Assembly: GCA_964620475.1 (NCBI GenBank)
Contig: CAZUJN010000003.1
Coordinates: 5,647 to 69,646, forward strand
Direction: 5' to 3'
Source of the DNA: an uncultured Candidatus Saccharibacteria bacterium
Lineage (GTDB): Bacteria; Patescibacteriota; Minisyncoccia; Phycocordibacterales; CAIZLB01
DNA: 64,000 nt
The translations under genes were made by a program, and so were the position numbers. This document shows, piece after piece, positions 1-10,568 of the stretch. The notes beneath the pieces were generated by a model. That model was not told the DNA's origin. It made no database searches and saw nothing but the letters and a program-made list of their open reading frames with translations. Each line of letters opens with the position of its first letter. The stretch's first letter is position 1.

Positions 1-266
1 TTTCTGAAAAAGCACATGAATACATTGATTTTGATAAAATGTATAAAAGGATAGATGATTTAAAAACAAAAGGTTTAGAAGAAATAATATTAGCCTTGAA
101 CGCAACCTCTGATGGAGATTATACTGTGAAAGTTTTAAAGGAAAATATAAGTAAGAAATTTCCTGAGATAAAAGTAACATTACTTGCACGTGGTATATCA
201 AATGGTGCTGAGATAGAATACGCCGATCAAGATACATTGAGAGAGGCGTTGAGGTTTAGACGATAA
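1..266 (+). CDS. recR: Recombination protein RecR, C-terminal part (5' end outside window)
   Basis: Frame continues from the window edge. Translation ends ...LLARGISNGAEIEYADQDTLREALRFRR, matching the RecR Toprim C-terminus (GIPxGGELEYADExTLxxALxGR). Confidence 0.7.
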   Translation, partial: SEKAHEYIDFDKMYKRIDDLKTKGLEEIILALNATSDGDYTVKVLKENISKKFPEIKVTLLARGISNGAEIEYADQDTLREALRFRR

Positions 267-273
267 CAAAAAA

Positions 274-296
274 CACCCTCTCGGGTGATTTTTTAT
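274..296 (+). terminator. Rho-independent terminator after recR
   Basis: Hairpin CACCCtctcGGGTG followed by a T-run. Confidence 0.5.
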
Positions 297-300
297 TATG

Positions 301-633
301 TTAGTTTATTGAATCTATCTTAACTTCGAAGTATGGTTGTCTGTGACCATTCTTTACGAAATATTTTGATTTTTGTTTGAACTTTCCTACTACAACTTTT
401 TTATGACGAGCTATGTCTGTTATAGTTGCTGTTACTTTAGAACCATTTATAGTTGGTGTACCTAGAGTTATAGCTGAACCATCATCTTTAAGTAATACCA
501 TATCAAATGTAACAGTATCACCGATATTAAAATCAGCACCTAGTTTTTCTATCTTTAGAGTTTCACCTGAAGATACTCTGTATTGTTTACCTCCTGTCTT
601 TATAACAGCTTGTGTTCCTTGTGTTTTAGCCAT
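301..633 (-). CDS. rplU: 50S ribosomal protein L21
   Basis: 110 aa; AVIKTGGKQYRV... is the typical L21 N-terminus. Confidence 0.85.
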   Translation of the reverse strand: MAKTQGTQAVIKTGGKQYRVSSGETLKIEKLGADFNIGDTVTFDMVLLKDDGSAITLGTPTINGSKVTATITDIARHKKVVVGKFKQKSKYFVKNGHRQPYFEVKIDSIN

Positions 634-681
634 GATTTACAAATAATAGCCTATTTTAAAGGAAATTGCAAGAGCCCAATA

Positions 682-1161
682 CTAAAGCTCAACCCCCTTC
701 TTACTCATCAAAAATACAGATATCATTGGTACCACCATACAAGTTAGATAGCCTAGATTACCTTGAAAAAACAACTCAAAAGGCTTATCTAAGTTGAAAA
801 CGTCTTTATCTGGTAATATATGAAAACATATACCTATAGTTAATAGAACTATACCTATAGACAATAATACTGATTCCATTACACCTTTAATATTATGATG
901 TATTCTATAGCTTTCTATAATACGATGCATAGCAATATAAACTGGAATCAGTATTATCAAAAATACAATTAGATTATTTAAAAACACACTTAGACCAAAC
1001 AAATCATCTATATTTTTCGGTTTAAAATATTCTAAAACAGCTTTATATATAACCATAGTTGGATAAGCCATGATTATTATTTTAAAAAGAAAATCCTTTC
1101 CGCGAACAAATGAAAATAGAATCAGAAACAATAATACTATGTATAGTGTTAAATATTGCAT
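682..1161 (-). CDS. Hypothetical polytopic membrane protein
   Basis: 159 aa with about 5 hydrophobic helices; no recognisable motif. Confidence 0.55.
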   Translation of the reverse strand: MQYLTLYIVLLFLILFSFVRGKDFLFKIIIMAYPTMVIYKAVLEYFKPKNIDDLFGLSVFLNNLIVFLIILIPVYIAMHRIIESYRIHHNIKGVMESVLLSIGIVLLTIGICFHILPDKDVFNLDKPFELFFQGNLGYLTCMVVPMISVFLMSKKGVEL

Positions 1162-1176
1162 AAAAATATTATATCA

Positions 1177-2256
1177 TTAATAACCCAACTTCTTCAATTT
1201 TTCTATAACATCTTTCACTTCCCCTCCAACTTTTTTTGGCATGTCAACTTTCAAAGTTATAAACATATCATCTCTTTTTTTATTAGACATGATTCCTCCT
1301 TTCTCTTTAGCTCTTAAAATATCACCATTAACTGATCCATGTGGAATCGTCAATATAAAATCATGATCAAATGAATGTATCTTCACATCTCCTCCACCTA
1401 TAGCAGTAGATAAAGGTATATGTTGAGTCATATAAACCTTTGTTCTGTCTTTTTTAAAATTAAGATCAGGCTTTATACTTATCTGTATATATAGATTACC
1501 ATCTACTCCACCCGCGATTGATTCACCTCTTCCTTGTACTCTAAGTTGTTCACCATTCTCTATACCACCAGGTATATGTATAGTTAATGATTCTTTTTCT
1601 TTCACGACACCCGCACCATGACATGTATGACATTTTTTAGATGGTATTTTTCCAGAGCCTTCACAATATTCACAAACATATTGTTGTTCCATAGCACCTA
1701 ATATAGTTCTTTGTATCTTCGTAACAAACCCTTGTCCGTCACAATGACTACATGTTTTCAAATCGGTACCTTTAGTTCCATGACATGTATTACATGTTTT
1801 ATGTCTGTTATACTCTATAGTCTTATCTACACCCAAAAGAGACTCTTTAAAAGATATTTGAACATTAACAGCTATATCTTGACCCCTCTTTTGTCTTGAT
1901 GAAGAACGTCTGCCCCTGCCCCCACCTCCAAACATAGAACCGAAAATATCTCCAAGATCAAATTCCATACCGGCCCCTTGATTGAATCCTGAAAAATCAA
2001 AACCATCGAAACCACCAAAACCACCTTGTTGACTGCCACCCATGTTTGGTCCAGCTGATCCAAAAGTGTCATATTGTTGTCTTTTTTTAGAATCAGACAA
2101 TACAGAATAAGCTTCATTTATCTCTTTGAACTTTTCATCCTTGCCACCATTTTTATCAGGATGATGTTCTAAAGCAAGCTTACGAAAAGCTTTTTTAATC
2201 TCATCCTGTGTAGCGTTTTTATCAACTCCGAGTGTTTTATAATAGTCTTTATTCAT
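1177..2256 (-). CDS. dnaJ: Chaperone DnaJ
   Basis: J-domain (YYKTLGV...HPDKN), G/F-rich linker, four CxxCxGxG zinc-finger repeats. Confidence 0.9.
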   Translation of the reverse strand: MNKDYYKTLGVDKNATQDEIKKAFRKLALEHHPDKNGGKDEKFKEINEAYSVLSDSKKRQQYDTFGSAGPNMGGSQQGGFGGFDGFDFSGFNQGAGMEFDLGDIFGSMFGGGGRGRRSSSRQKRGQDIAVNVQISFKESLLGVDKTIEYNRHKTCNTCHGTKGTDLKTCSHCDGQGFVTKIQRTILGAMEQQYVCEYCEGSGKIPSKKCHTCHGAGVVKEKESLTIHIPGGIENGEQLRVQGRGESIAGGVDGNLYIQISIKPDLNFKKDRTKVYMTQHIPLSTAIGGGDVKIHSFDHDFILTIPHGSVNGDILRAKEKGGIMSNKKRDDMFITLKVDMPKKVGGEVKDVIEKLKKLGY

Positions 2257-2344
2257 AATGATTTTTATATAATAACATATATGTCAATATTTTTGGAGGA
2301 TATTTTATAAGTATTTACTTTTATGTAAAATAGTTGTAAAGTTA

Positions 2345-2763
2345 CGAATGTTAAACCCTTTCCAAAATGAGAAAATTTCCTATTACCAGCATTATCCTGG
2401 AGACAGTCCGAAAGGTCCCATCTAGTAGACGAAACAGTCTACCTAAGACAGTACACGACTTTCAAACTTGGATACCGGGCATTCATTACAGTGAATCCTT
2501 CCTAACGGTTGGACATGAATGGATACGCATCGGGAGACAAAGATTGGAGTTTGATTCGGTTGAGGAATGCCTTTTACCGAGTCTAGAGAAGATTATTACG
2601 GTTAATGTGAGTGACTCCCTGAGACCTAACACAACAGCAACCCTCTATGTCCAAGCCTCTCTCAAGGATTTCATATCAGAATTCCATAACATTCAACTCG
2701 AACTGCGTCTCGACTTCGTATAGCGTGAAAACCACCAACCGGTTGGCTAGTAGCGCTTTTTTT
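2345..2763 (+). ncRNA. Unclassified GC-rich structured RNA candidate (~420 nt); size range of RNase P RNA or tmRNA
   Basis: A roughly 45% GC island in a ~30% GC context, between divergent dnaJ and a convergent M23 gene. It ends in a plus-strand hairpin (CCAACCGGTTGG...GCGC) plus T7 terminator. Internal perfect hairpins such as GTAGACgaaacaGTCTAC. The 118-aa ORF inside has no recognisable features. Confidence 0.3.
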
Positions 2764-2764
2764 A

Positions 2765-4054
2765 TTATCTCTTAGGCATATATGCAAGTGGATCTAGGTA
2801 CGCCGACACAGCAGCTATAGGCATATATAAATCACGTCCTGGACAAGATGCACTTGGACGAGAAGTTGCATTTACAGCGTCAGCTGGGTACATACTTACA
2901 TGAAGATGTGGGCCGGTTGAATAACCTGTATTACCACTAAAACCAACTACTTGCCCTGTGGTAACTCTAGTTCCAGCAGTCAATGAATGTTGAGAAAGAT
3001 GACCATAAGTTGAAGCTAATCCATTATCATATTTTATAAGTATCCATTTACCAAAAGAAACACCTCTACAGGTTGTATCTGTGTCACCCTGAGCAACCAA
3101 AATACCGTTGGCCATAGCTTTGACAGGAGTACCAACCTTAACACCAAAATCTACACCATTATGTGAACCTGATTTATATAATCTTTTTGATGCATTTGTA
3201 ACTCCGAATTGTTGAGTTATTCTTACATCATCAACAGGCCAATCAAGTGGAGATGATCCCGCTTTAGGTATTGATTTTGGATCAAGTATATACTTAAGTT
3301 TATTTTCATAATCAAACATTTCTTTCTCAAAAGCCTCTTTTTGTTTCTTTCTATCGGCTAAAAGCTTTTTATAAGTACTTTCTTGATTTTTAGTTATATC
3401 AAGCTCTTTTTTCTGTTCAGCCTTAACTATATTTAAAGATGTCTGTTTAGTTTTAAGCAAGGCTTTTTCTTTTTCTAAAGATTCTTTTTTTATTTGTTCT
3501 TCTGTTTTATCTTTTTCTAGGGCTTTCTTAATTTGTATTATATCTTTTACACTATCTTGTATTTTTTCTTGAACTATTTGCAAAAACCCTATTTCTTTAA
3601 CAGAAGATAAAACATTTCCATCTCTCAAAAAATTTTCAACTATACTGGTACCATCAAGCATATATTGACTATACAGACTTTCTCTCATACCTTGACGAAG
3701 CCTAAACATCTTTTCTTCATTGCCTGTTATTTGTGTAGAAATCTTATTTATCTCTAGATTTGTCTTATCTATAGATACCTGACTTTTTCTAATATCAGCA
3801 TCTATTGATTTAACCTGATTATCGAGCGTTTTTATATAATTACTCAAAGTTTGGGCTGACTTTGATGTCTTATCAGCTAACTCCGAATAAGTCTTAATCT
3901 CCTCCTCAAGTTTTTTTATAAGTTGAGCTCTCTCATTTATCTTGGTCTGTAATTCAGCTGAGCTATCTTCTGCTCTTGTATAATTTTTTAGACCAAATAC
4001 AGTCAATAAAATCAATACTGATAATAAAAAAAATCTGTGACTCCTAATAATCAT
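2765..4054 (-). CDS. M23 family metallopeptidase with N-terminal coiled coil (EnvC/NlpD-like murein endopeptidase)
   Basis: Signal/TM segment, long coiled coil, C-terminal LytM motifs (GVDFG...G.PV.A...G, HLHVSMY). Confidence 0.85.
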   Translation of the reverse strand: MIIRSHRFFLLSVLILLTVFGLKNYTRAEDSSAELQTKINERAQLIKKLEEEIKTYSELADKTSKSAQTLSNYIKTLDNQVKSIDADIRKSQVSIDKTNLEINKISTQITGNEEKMFRLRQGMRESLYSQYMLDGTSIVENFLRDGNVLSSVKEIGFLQIVQEKIQDSVKDIIQIKKALEKDKTEEQIKKESLEKEKALLKTKQTSLNIVKAEQKKELDITKNQESTYKKLLADRKKQKEAFEKEMFDYENKLKYILDPKSIPKAGSSPLDWPVDDVRITQQFGVTNASKRLYKSGSHNGVDFGVKVGTPVKAMANGILVAQGDTDTTCRGVSFGKWILIKYDNGLASTYGHLSQHSLTAGTRVTTGQVVGFSGNTGYSTGPHLHVSMYPADAVNATSRPSASCPGRDLYMPIAAVSAYLDPLAYMPKR

Positions 4055-4156
4055 ATACTGAATATTATATCACAGATCTCTTTATTAACGACGTAGGGTG
4101 AGAGAAATAAAAGTGTTTTCACTTTTATTTCCGAACCGAGGAGTTAAAGATGACAT

Positions 4157-4369
4157 CTATTTTCTTCTAATTATTTTTGGTTTACCACCGTAAGCATCTA
4201 ACTCAATCTCAACCTTATCACCAACATAAATACGTATACGATTATACTTCATTTTACCACTCATATAAGCTATTAACACATTCTCATCTTCTAGTTGTAC
4301 TCTAAAATGAGTATCGGGTAAGGCCTCGATAACTGTACCTATTAGAACTATTTTATCTTGATTTGACAT
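4157..4369 (-). CDS. infA: Translation initiation factor IF-1
   Basis: MSNQDKIVLIGTVIEALPDTHFRVQLEDENVLIAYMSGKMKYNRIRIYVGDKVEIEL aligns with IF-1; start taken at the internal Met. Confidence 0.9.
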   Translation of the reverse strand: MSNQDKIVLIGTVIEALPDTHFRVQLEDENVLIAYMSGKMKYNRIRIYVGDKVEIELDAYGGKPKIIRRK

Positions 4370-4472
4370 ATAGGAGGTATGATAGCACACTTGTTTATAA
4401 TTTTACAGTATATATTAAAACACCCCACCTCTCGGTTTGAGAAGCGGGATGGAGAAAATATCAACGAAGCGA

Positions 4473-5009
4473 TCACTTGACCAGTGTATTCAAAAGCCAA
4501 TCAGCGAACGGCCAGACCACATTCAAGTTGGTCTTTGGATCTTTGTGATGCAAGCGATGATGGTTGTTGATGAAAATGAACCAGCGACGGTTTTCAAACC
4601 ATCTACCTTTTGGATCATGCATACACCAGTGAAAATATTCATAGGTGCAGTAGTAAAGGAAGAAAACAATAGCTGTGACAATCAAAGGCCACCAAATCAT
4701 CAAAACAGCCGCACACACGAGAGCAACCGGCGATGTAGCGATGATCAGAAGAACTATCCAATTCCACCAAGCCATAGGTATAGTCTTCCTGTCGGCATCT
4801 TGTTTTTCTGGTTTATGATTTCTCAACTCATATGTCTTACCGGGGCCGAAGATGGAATGATGAATCTTATGGTGGGCATTATAAGCATAGCGAAAACCAA
4901 AAGGTATGTTGTGCATGACGTATTTATGTAGCAACCACTCAAAGAGTGAAGCGTACACAACAGAAAAAAGAACAACCACAATAACCGGCAGTATATTTAA
5001 AAGGTGCAT
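4473..5009 (-). CDS. Fatty acid hydroxylase / sterol desaturase family membrane protein
   Basis: Histidine boxes HHKIHH and HHRLHH in a polytopic membrane protein. Confidence 0.7.
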   Translation of the reverse strand: MHLLNILPVIVVVLFSVVYASLFEWLLHKYVMHNIPFGFRYAYNAHHKIHHSIFGPGKTYELRNHKPEKQDADRKTIPMAWWNWIVLLIIATSPVALVCAAVLMIWWPLIVTAIVFFLYYCTYEYFHWCMHDPKGRWFENRRWFIFINNHHRLHHKDPKTNLNVVWPFADWLLNTLVK

Positions 5010-5032
5010 GATATTATTATATCAGAATAAGA

Positions 5033-6292
5033 CTAAAATAGATCCACAAATATATTATCAACCTTACTTTCAACATCATTTAAAGAAACCTCATAAACCT
5101 CTCCTGTCTGTCTATTTTTTATTTCAAACACATTCTTAGATAAACCCTTATCGCCAACTATTATTTGTATTGGCATACCATATAGATCTGCATCAAAGAG
5201 TTTTGCCCCTGGACCAATATTATTTCTATCATCGAATAAAACCTCATATTTAGATTTTAATAAATTATAAACACTCTCGGCAACTTTATACGTATTATCA
5301 TTATCATCTTTATGTAAGGACACAACTTCTATATGATATGGTGCAATATTTTTTGGCCATATAAGACCTTTATCGTCAGCATATTTTTCGACAATAACAC
5401 CCATAACTCTAGTTATACCAACACCATAAGAACCAAGTATGACAGGCTTTTTATTACCCTCCTTATCCATAAAGTTTAAACCCATTTGTTCACATTTATC
5501 AGGCCCAAAAGAAAAAATGTTTCCAACCTCAGCAGTTACATGTTTTTCTAATTTACTTTTATCAATAGATTCATCTATGGCCTCTTCATTATAAACAACA
5601 TTATTTTCTTTATCTATATATATAACATCCTCCCCTGCATCACATATAGTTTGAAATTCATGAGATACATTTTTAGTAAATACACCACCAGTCGCTACTG
5701 TAACATAAGTGTCTTTTCCAAGACCGCATCTATTATAAATATTTTTATAAGCCTCTATCATACTGTTATAAAAGTCTTCATGTTGTTTCTCATCTTCAGA
5801 AAAAGAATATAAATCCTTCATCAAAAATTCTCTTCCACGCATAATACCACTTTTGGCACGAAGTTCATTACGAAGTTTTGTTTGAAATTGATAAACATAT
5901 ATAGGAAGCTCTTTATATGAGTTTATAAAATTCTTCATCATTTCTGCTATAGGTTCCTCATGAGACCAACCGAAGCCAACTTCTGTACCATTTTTTAATT
6001 GACTTTTAAACCATATATCTACAGTTTCATCATCCCAACGGCCTGTTTGTTCCCAAGTTTCTTTTTTCTGAAGAGAAGACATTATCATCTCCTGTCCATT
6101 AACTTTATTCATTTCGTCTCTAACTATAGACTTTATATTTTCCAGAACCTTTAAACCAAAAGGTAGATATGCATAAACACCGGCCATTTCTTTATGAACA
6201 TAACCAGCTTTTATAAGTATTTGGGCGTTTTTTGCTAACTCATCTTTTGGATATTCTTTACGAGTTTTGGTGAAAATATTTGTATGTCTCAT
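5033..6292 (-). CDS. proS: Prolyl-tRNA synthetase (short form without editing insertion)
   Basis: N-terminus FTKTRKEYPKDELAKNAQILIKAGYVHKEMAGVYAYLPFGLKVLENI is the ProRS signature; class II motifs present. Confidence 0.9.
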   Translation of the reverse strand: MRHTNIFTKTRKEYPKDELAKNAQILIKAGYVHKEMAGVYAYLPFGLKVLENIKSIVRDEMNKVNGQEMIMSSLQKKETWEQTGRWDDETVDIWFKSQLKNGTEVGFGWSHEEPIAEMMKNFINSYKELPIYVYQFQTKLRNELRAKSGIMRGREFLMKDLYSFSEDEKQHEDFYNSMIEAYKNIYNRCGLGKDTYVTVATGGVFTKNVSHEFQTICDAGEDVIYIDKENNVVYNEEAIDESIDKSKLEKHVTAEVGNIFSFGPDKCEQMGLNFMDKEGNKKPVILGSYGVGITRVMGVIVEKYADDKGLIWPKNIAPYHIEVVSLHKDDNDNTYKVAESVYNLLKSKYEVLFDDRNNIGPGAKLFDADLYGMPIQIIVGDKGLSKNVFEIKNRQTGEVYEVSLNDVESKVDNIFVDLF

Positions 6293-6314
6293 AAAGATGA
6301 TAATATCACAAAAA

Positions 6315-7490
6315 CTATTTAACCTCTACACTTATATGATCTTCATCTGAGACCTTACTCATCCAAAATGGAGAGTATTTAACAGTCATTTCCATGTTTT
6401 TAGCTATCTCATTCTTGATTTTCTTCATAGTCTCTTTTGAAAAACCTTTGAATACTGAGGCGACTTTATCTTTTTTAACCCGTGGAGTTATTTCAAGAGT
6501 TAAGTTTTTAAATGATATAGGTTGACCATTTATATCTTGAGCTAATTCATAATCATTTATATTTATCTCATATTCTATTAAGTCAGGAATTGTTGAAAAC
6601 ACTTTCACATATTCTTGTATAAGTTTACTATTATTATATAAAGCTTTTTCAAAATCTTTTTTATCTACAACAACTAAAGCATTTTGATTGGTATTGGTAT
6701 CATAGATGAGACTTTTCTTTAGTGGTATAAAATTATCTGGTATTAGAGATAAAACCTCGTCATTTGGAATATTGCTATTATTAGTCACAGTGGTAGAAGC
6801 CTCATCTTGAGATGTCTTGCTAATATAATCTATGGCATAAAATTTATCATACGCAGTTGTACCTTTCAAACCTATAACTTTATATCCAGACGTAGTAGTT
6901 GATAAATCTTTATCTGTTGTAGGTTTTACACTTGTTTTACCTTGTAAGTAATAAGTCTCTCCCCCAACATCAAATCTAGTGTTCTCACGAAGCGGCATTT
7001 CTGATCCAGTGTTATTTATGAATACAACTTTCTTAGCCGGTGATTTACTTGTTGTTGTTGCATTTAATATAAAATACTCAGCATTATTATTTACAACAAC
7101 TGAAGTACTAGCTACATCCTGTACAGGAGCAAATATATTTCTCTTTGTATCATTAACATATATTAAATTATATGAAAGTGTCGTACTCGCGTTTGAATTT
7201 TTCTCCGATAATATCATCGGTATATTATCCTTTACCTCTAGTATTACGGTCTTAGATTGAAATGATATAAATGTCTTGTTGTTAAATACGGAATAATAAA
7301 CAACAGACATAATAATCACAGTAATCAAAAACAATATGAGCGGGGTTTTACTACTTTTATCTTTACCATCTATGGTGTGATAAACTCTATTATTAAATGA
7401 AGGTTCACTCTTCAAAATACGTACCTCGTTTTCAGCTTTACGTGTTTTTATGAAGCTATTTTTTTTAGGTGGTACTATATCTCCGTACAT
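6315..7490 (-). CDS. Hypothetical membrane-anchored S/T-rich extracytoplasmic protein
   Basis: Single TM around residue 50; Ser/Thr/Asn-rich ectodomain. Confidence 0.55.
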   Translation of the reverse strand: MYGDIVPPKKNSFIKTRKAENEVRILKSEPSFNNRVYHTIDGKDKSSKTPLILFLITVIIMSVVYYSVFNNKTFISFQSKTVILEVKDNIPMILSEKNSNASTTLSYNLIYVNDTKRNIFAPVQDVASTSVVVNNNAEYFILNATTTSKSPAKKVVFINNTGSEMPLRENTRFDVGGETYYLQGKTSVKPTTDKDLSTTTSGYKVIGLKGTTAYDKFYAIDYISKTSQDEASTTVTNNSNIPNDEVLSLIPDNFIPLKKSLIYDTNTNQNALVVVDKKDFEKALYNNSKLIQEYVKVFSTIPDLIEYEININDYELAQDINGQPISFKNLTLEITPRVKKDKVASVFKGFSKETMKKIKNEIAKNMEMTVKYSPFWMSKVSDEDHISVEVK

Positions 7491-7504
7491 AGTTATATTT
7501 TAGT

Positions 7505-8566
7505 TTAAAATATTTTTTTAGTAAATATATTTAATTCATTTGTTAATAATTTACTCATCATATATACATCATTTTTGAAATTATCAGCCAATATTAAACC
7601 CAGAGTATAATAGGCATCTTCATCCAAGGTGTATATATTTATCTTTACGTCTTTAACTATGTTTTCCATATCTATAGAGTCTACAAAATTTCTTATTTGT
7701 ATTTTCATGAATTCAAGATTTAGATTTATTTGAATATTTATCTTTTCCTGAACCTCTGAATTTAAATCTGGCCATATATTATCTAGACTTTTCTCCAATT
7801 TATTAACATTCAAGGACTTTGACTTAAGTATTTTATCTAACATAATATCATCTATATGAAGAGCTTCTTTGATCTTTGTTTTTACATTTACACAACCACA
7901 GGGTATAAAAAGGGTTGAAACAATGCGACCACCGTGAACATATATCAAATCAATACTTTGATCTTCTATAATAATTCTAAGTTCATTACTCTCTTTATTA
8001 TCTCTGTTTAACTCATTTACATATGAATATATAGAATCTATTTTTATATTATGTAGATGGAAAATTGTCTCTAAAGTATTTTGTAATTTATTTAAAAAAT
8101 TTGTGGAAGAAAATATACTTAAATATTGTAAATGCAAAAATCTGGCTTTTTGATTATTCAAACTCTTAACACTATAACCGTTTAAGGAAATATTAAATAT
8201 ATCATTTTTAACAAGACTTAAATTATCATGTTGCTTGTGAACTATCATCTTTTCTATCATACGTTGATCAATGGTCTGATCTTTTTCAAAATCTTTTTCA
8301 AGATTAATAATCTCATATATACTCCAAGGATTTGTTAAAATAACCTTAATATCTTTGATATTTTTATGATTATTTTTAAAAATATCTGTCTTTATAAAAT
8401 CCTGACATATATCTTTACAAACAAAAACAACCCTATTTTCATAATCATCGTGGGATTCGTCTAATATATGAGAAAATTTCTGTGTACCTAAAATAGTGTA
8501 TGTATCATTATCAAATGAATACATACTTATTGCATACGGTCTGATTAAGAAAACTATTTGCATCAA
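7505..8566 (-). CDS. Hypothetical protein
   Basis: 353-aa ORF in an operon-like arrangement with the neighbouring gene; no motif recognised. Confidence 0.55.
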   Translation of the reverse strand: MMQIVFLIRPYAISMYSFDNDTYTILGTQKFSHILDESHDDYENRVVFVCKDICQDFIKTDIFKNNHKNIKDIKVILTNPWSIYEIINLEKDFEKDQTIDQRMIEKMIVHKQHDNLSLVKNDIFNISLNGYSVKSLNNQKARFLHLQYLSIFSSTNFLNKLQNTLETIFHLHNIKIDSIYSYVNELNRDNKESNELRIIIEDQSIDLIYVHGGRIVSTLFIPCGCVNVKTKIKEALHIDDIMLDKILKSKSLNVNKLEKSLDNIWPDLNSEVQEKINIQINLNLEFMKIQIRNFVDSIDMENIVKDVKINIYTLDEDAYYTLGLILADNFKNDVYMMSKLLTNELNIFTKKIF

Positions 8567-8612
8567 TTATATTATAGCAAATTTTATTCATTTTACTCAA
8601 TCAGAATTCGTT

Positions 8613-10436
8613 TTATTCCAACATTGCCTTTATTCTCCTCACACCCTGACTCACCGCCTCTTCTTTTACTATCTTGAAATGACCTAACTCTGAAGTATTT
8701 TCAACATGTGGACCACCACAAAATTCTTTTGAAAATGCATCATCCAATGAATCACCGATATAATAAACGTTTACCATATCACCATATTTATCAGCAAAGA
8801 AATGAAGAGCCCCTGATTCTATTGCTTTTTCTTTTGGTAAAATCTCCATCTTTACAGGTAAAGCAGCTTGTATTTTTTCATTTACAATATCTTCTACTTT
8901 TTGTTTTTCATCATCTGTTAGTTTTCTATCATATGAAAAATCAAAGCGCATTCTTTCTGTTGTTATATTTGAGCCTTTTTGACCAACCGTCTCACCTAAC
9001 ACTTGTCTTAAGGCCTGATGAAGTAAATGTGTAGCTGTATGATAACGAGTTTCTATCACACCATCACCCGAAAGCCCTCCTTTAAACTTCTTTTCTGCTC
9101 CAGCACGAGAGTTTTCTTGATGTATAGCGAACAGTTGATCAAATTCTGTTCTATTTATAGATAATTTATTTTCTTTGGCTAATTCTTCAATCATCTCAAT
9201 AGGAAAACCATATGATTCAAACAATGTAAAAACTTTTTGTGAATCTATCATTTCTATATTACCTTCTTTGTTTGATTCTATTATTTTATTAAATTCTTTT
9301 ATACCTTGTATAAGAGCTTTTCTGAACTTTTTTTCTTCTGCGTTTATCGCTACTTTTATAGTCTCTTTTTGACGAGCGATATTTTCATAGATATCTTTAT
9401 AATAATCTGTAAAAGTGTCAGCTATCATATATAGAGAATTTTCAGGAAGTTTTAATACATCAGCATGACGAAGGGCACGACGTATTAGACGACGAAGTAT
9501 GTAACCTTGATCTGTATTAGAAAATTCTACACCATCAGCCAACATAATAACCGCGGTTCTAACATGATCAACTATAATACGAGTTGATTTTACTTGTTCA
9601 AATTCTGCTATATTAATATCTTCTGATTTCAAAGATTGAACTTTATCTATAGCGGGTTTAAATATATCAGTTTCAAAAACAGAATTTACACCTTGTACCA
9701 TCATGACTATTCTTTCAAAACCTGAACCTGTATCTACGTTTTTATTTTTAAGTTTATCAACAATCTTCCCATCTTTTTTCAAATATTCCATAAACACATC
9801 ATTCCAAACCTCGACAACTTCTCCTCTGTCATCTTTCTCTATATATTCATCGAATGACAAACCTTCTGTATATTTACCTGTTGTATCATAAAACATCTCA
9901 GTATCTGGTCCACAAGGTCCATTATCTCCCGCACTCCACCAATTATTTTTCTTTGGCAAGAAATATATACGATTTGTTGACATACCATTTTTCTCAAATA
10001 TATTTTTCCATATCTCTGCTGATTCTTCATCTTTTGGAGCATCTTCATCACCCTCAAAACAAGTTACATATAGACGATTTGCGTCTAAACCAAAACCATA
10101 TTCTTTATTTGTTAATAAATCAAAACTCCATTCTATAGCCTCTTTTTTAAAATAATCACCCAAAGACCAATTTCCCATCATTTCAAAGAAAGTAAGATGT
10201 CTATTATCGCCAACATCTTCTATGTCGATTGTCCTGATACATTTTTGTATAGAACAAAGTCTGCGACCATGTGGATGCTCTTGACCCAATAGATACGGCA
10301 CAAGTGGTTGCATACCGGCTATATTAAAAAGCACTGATGAATCGTTTTCGGGGATGATCGGTGCTGAATTTAATATATGATGATTTTGATTTTTGAAAAA
10401 ATCTAGGAATTTTTGTCTTATTTCATGAGACGACAT
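8613..10436 (-). CDS. alaS: Alanyl-tRNA synthetase (C-terminally short form)
   Basis: MSSHEIRQKFLDFFK... class II AlaRS catalytic and editing cores. The ORF extends to 10601 but the conserved N-terminus begins at the internal Met, so the start is taken near 10436. Confidence 0.85.
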   Translation of the reverse strand: MSSHEIRQKFLDFFKNQNHHILNSAPIIPENDSSVLFNIAGMQPLVPYLLGQEHPHGRRLCSIQKCIRTIDIEDVGDNRHLTFFEMMGNWSLGDYFKKEAIEWSFDLLTNKEYGFGLDANRLYVTCFEGDEDAPKDEESAEIWKNIFEKNGMSTNRIYFLPKKNNWWSAGDNGPCGPDTEMFYDTTGKYTEGLSFDEYIEKDDRGEVVEVWNDVFMEYLKKDGKIVDKLKNKNVDTGSGFERIVMMVQGVNSVFETDIFKPAIDKVQSLKSEDINIAEFEQVKSTRIIVDHVRTAVIMLADGVEFSNTDQGYILRRLIRRALRHADVLKLPENSLYMIADTFTDYYKDIYENIARQKETIKVAINAEEKKFRKALIQGIKEFNKIIESNKEGNIEMIDSQKVFTLFESYGFPIEMIEELAKENKLSINRTEFDQLFAIHQENSRAGAEKKFKGGLSGDGVIETRYHTATHLLHQALRQVLGETVGQKGSNITTERMRFDFSYDRKLTDDEKQKVEDIVNEKIQAALPVKMEILPKEKAIESGALHFFADKYGDMVNVYYIGDSLDDAFSKEFCGGPHVENTSELGHFKIVKEEAVSQGVRRIKAMLE

Positions 10437-10568
10437 AGTTTCTTTCATAGATTTATGATTATACATGATTTTATGGGTTGTGTCGACAGGTTTTAAGGTT
10501 TGTGTTGATGTTTCGTAACAGTTCTTGGTTACACTTGACTTTATCTGTAGTTGTGATATATTACAAAA

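Noticed and set aside
1-29. Third partial copy of the AAAAAGCACATGAA repeat at the window start
   Set aside because: It is only a 14-nt match and lies inside the recR coding frame, so it is probably coincidental.
2367-2723. 118-aa plus-strand ORF inside the GC-rich island between dnaJ and the M23 gene
   Set aside because: No SD, no recognisable domain, and the GC-rich composition suppresses stop codons. The region has a terminator and hairpins typical of a structured RNA, so it is treated as noncoding.
4380-4480. Perfect AGGAGG followed 5 nt later by an ATG opening a 33-codon plus-strand ORF antisense to the infA promoter region
   Set aside because: It is very short and overlaps the convergent gene ends. 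The SD-like sequence is probably a chance occurrence.
6315-8566. Possible PilM/PilN-like type IV pilus assembly pair
   Set aside because: The architecture (a 353-aa cytoplasmic protein followed by a TM-anchored extracytoplasmic protein) is suggestive. No actin-fold phosphate-binding motifs such as DxGxxxxK or DIGT could be seen, so it is left as hypothetical.
8708-9034. His-rich 108-aa plus-strand ORF, and other antisense ORFs inside alaS, dnaK and secA
   Set aside because: They are antisense to strongly conserved coding sequence and are typical AT-rich reverse-frame artefacts.
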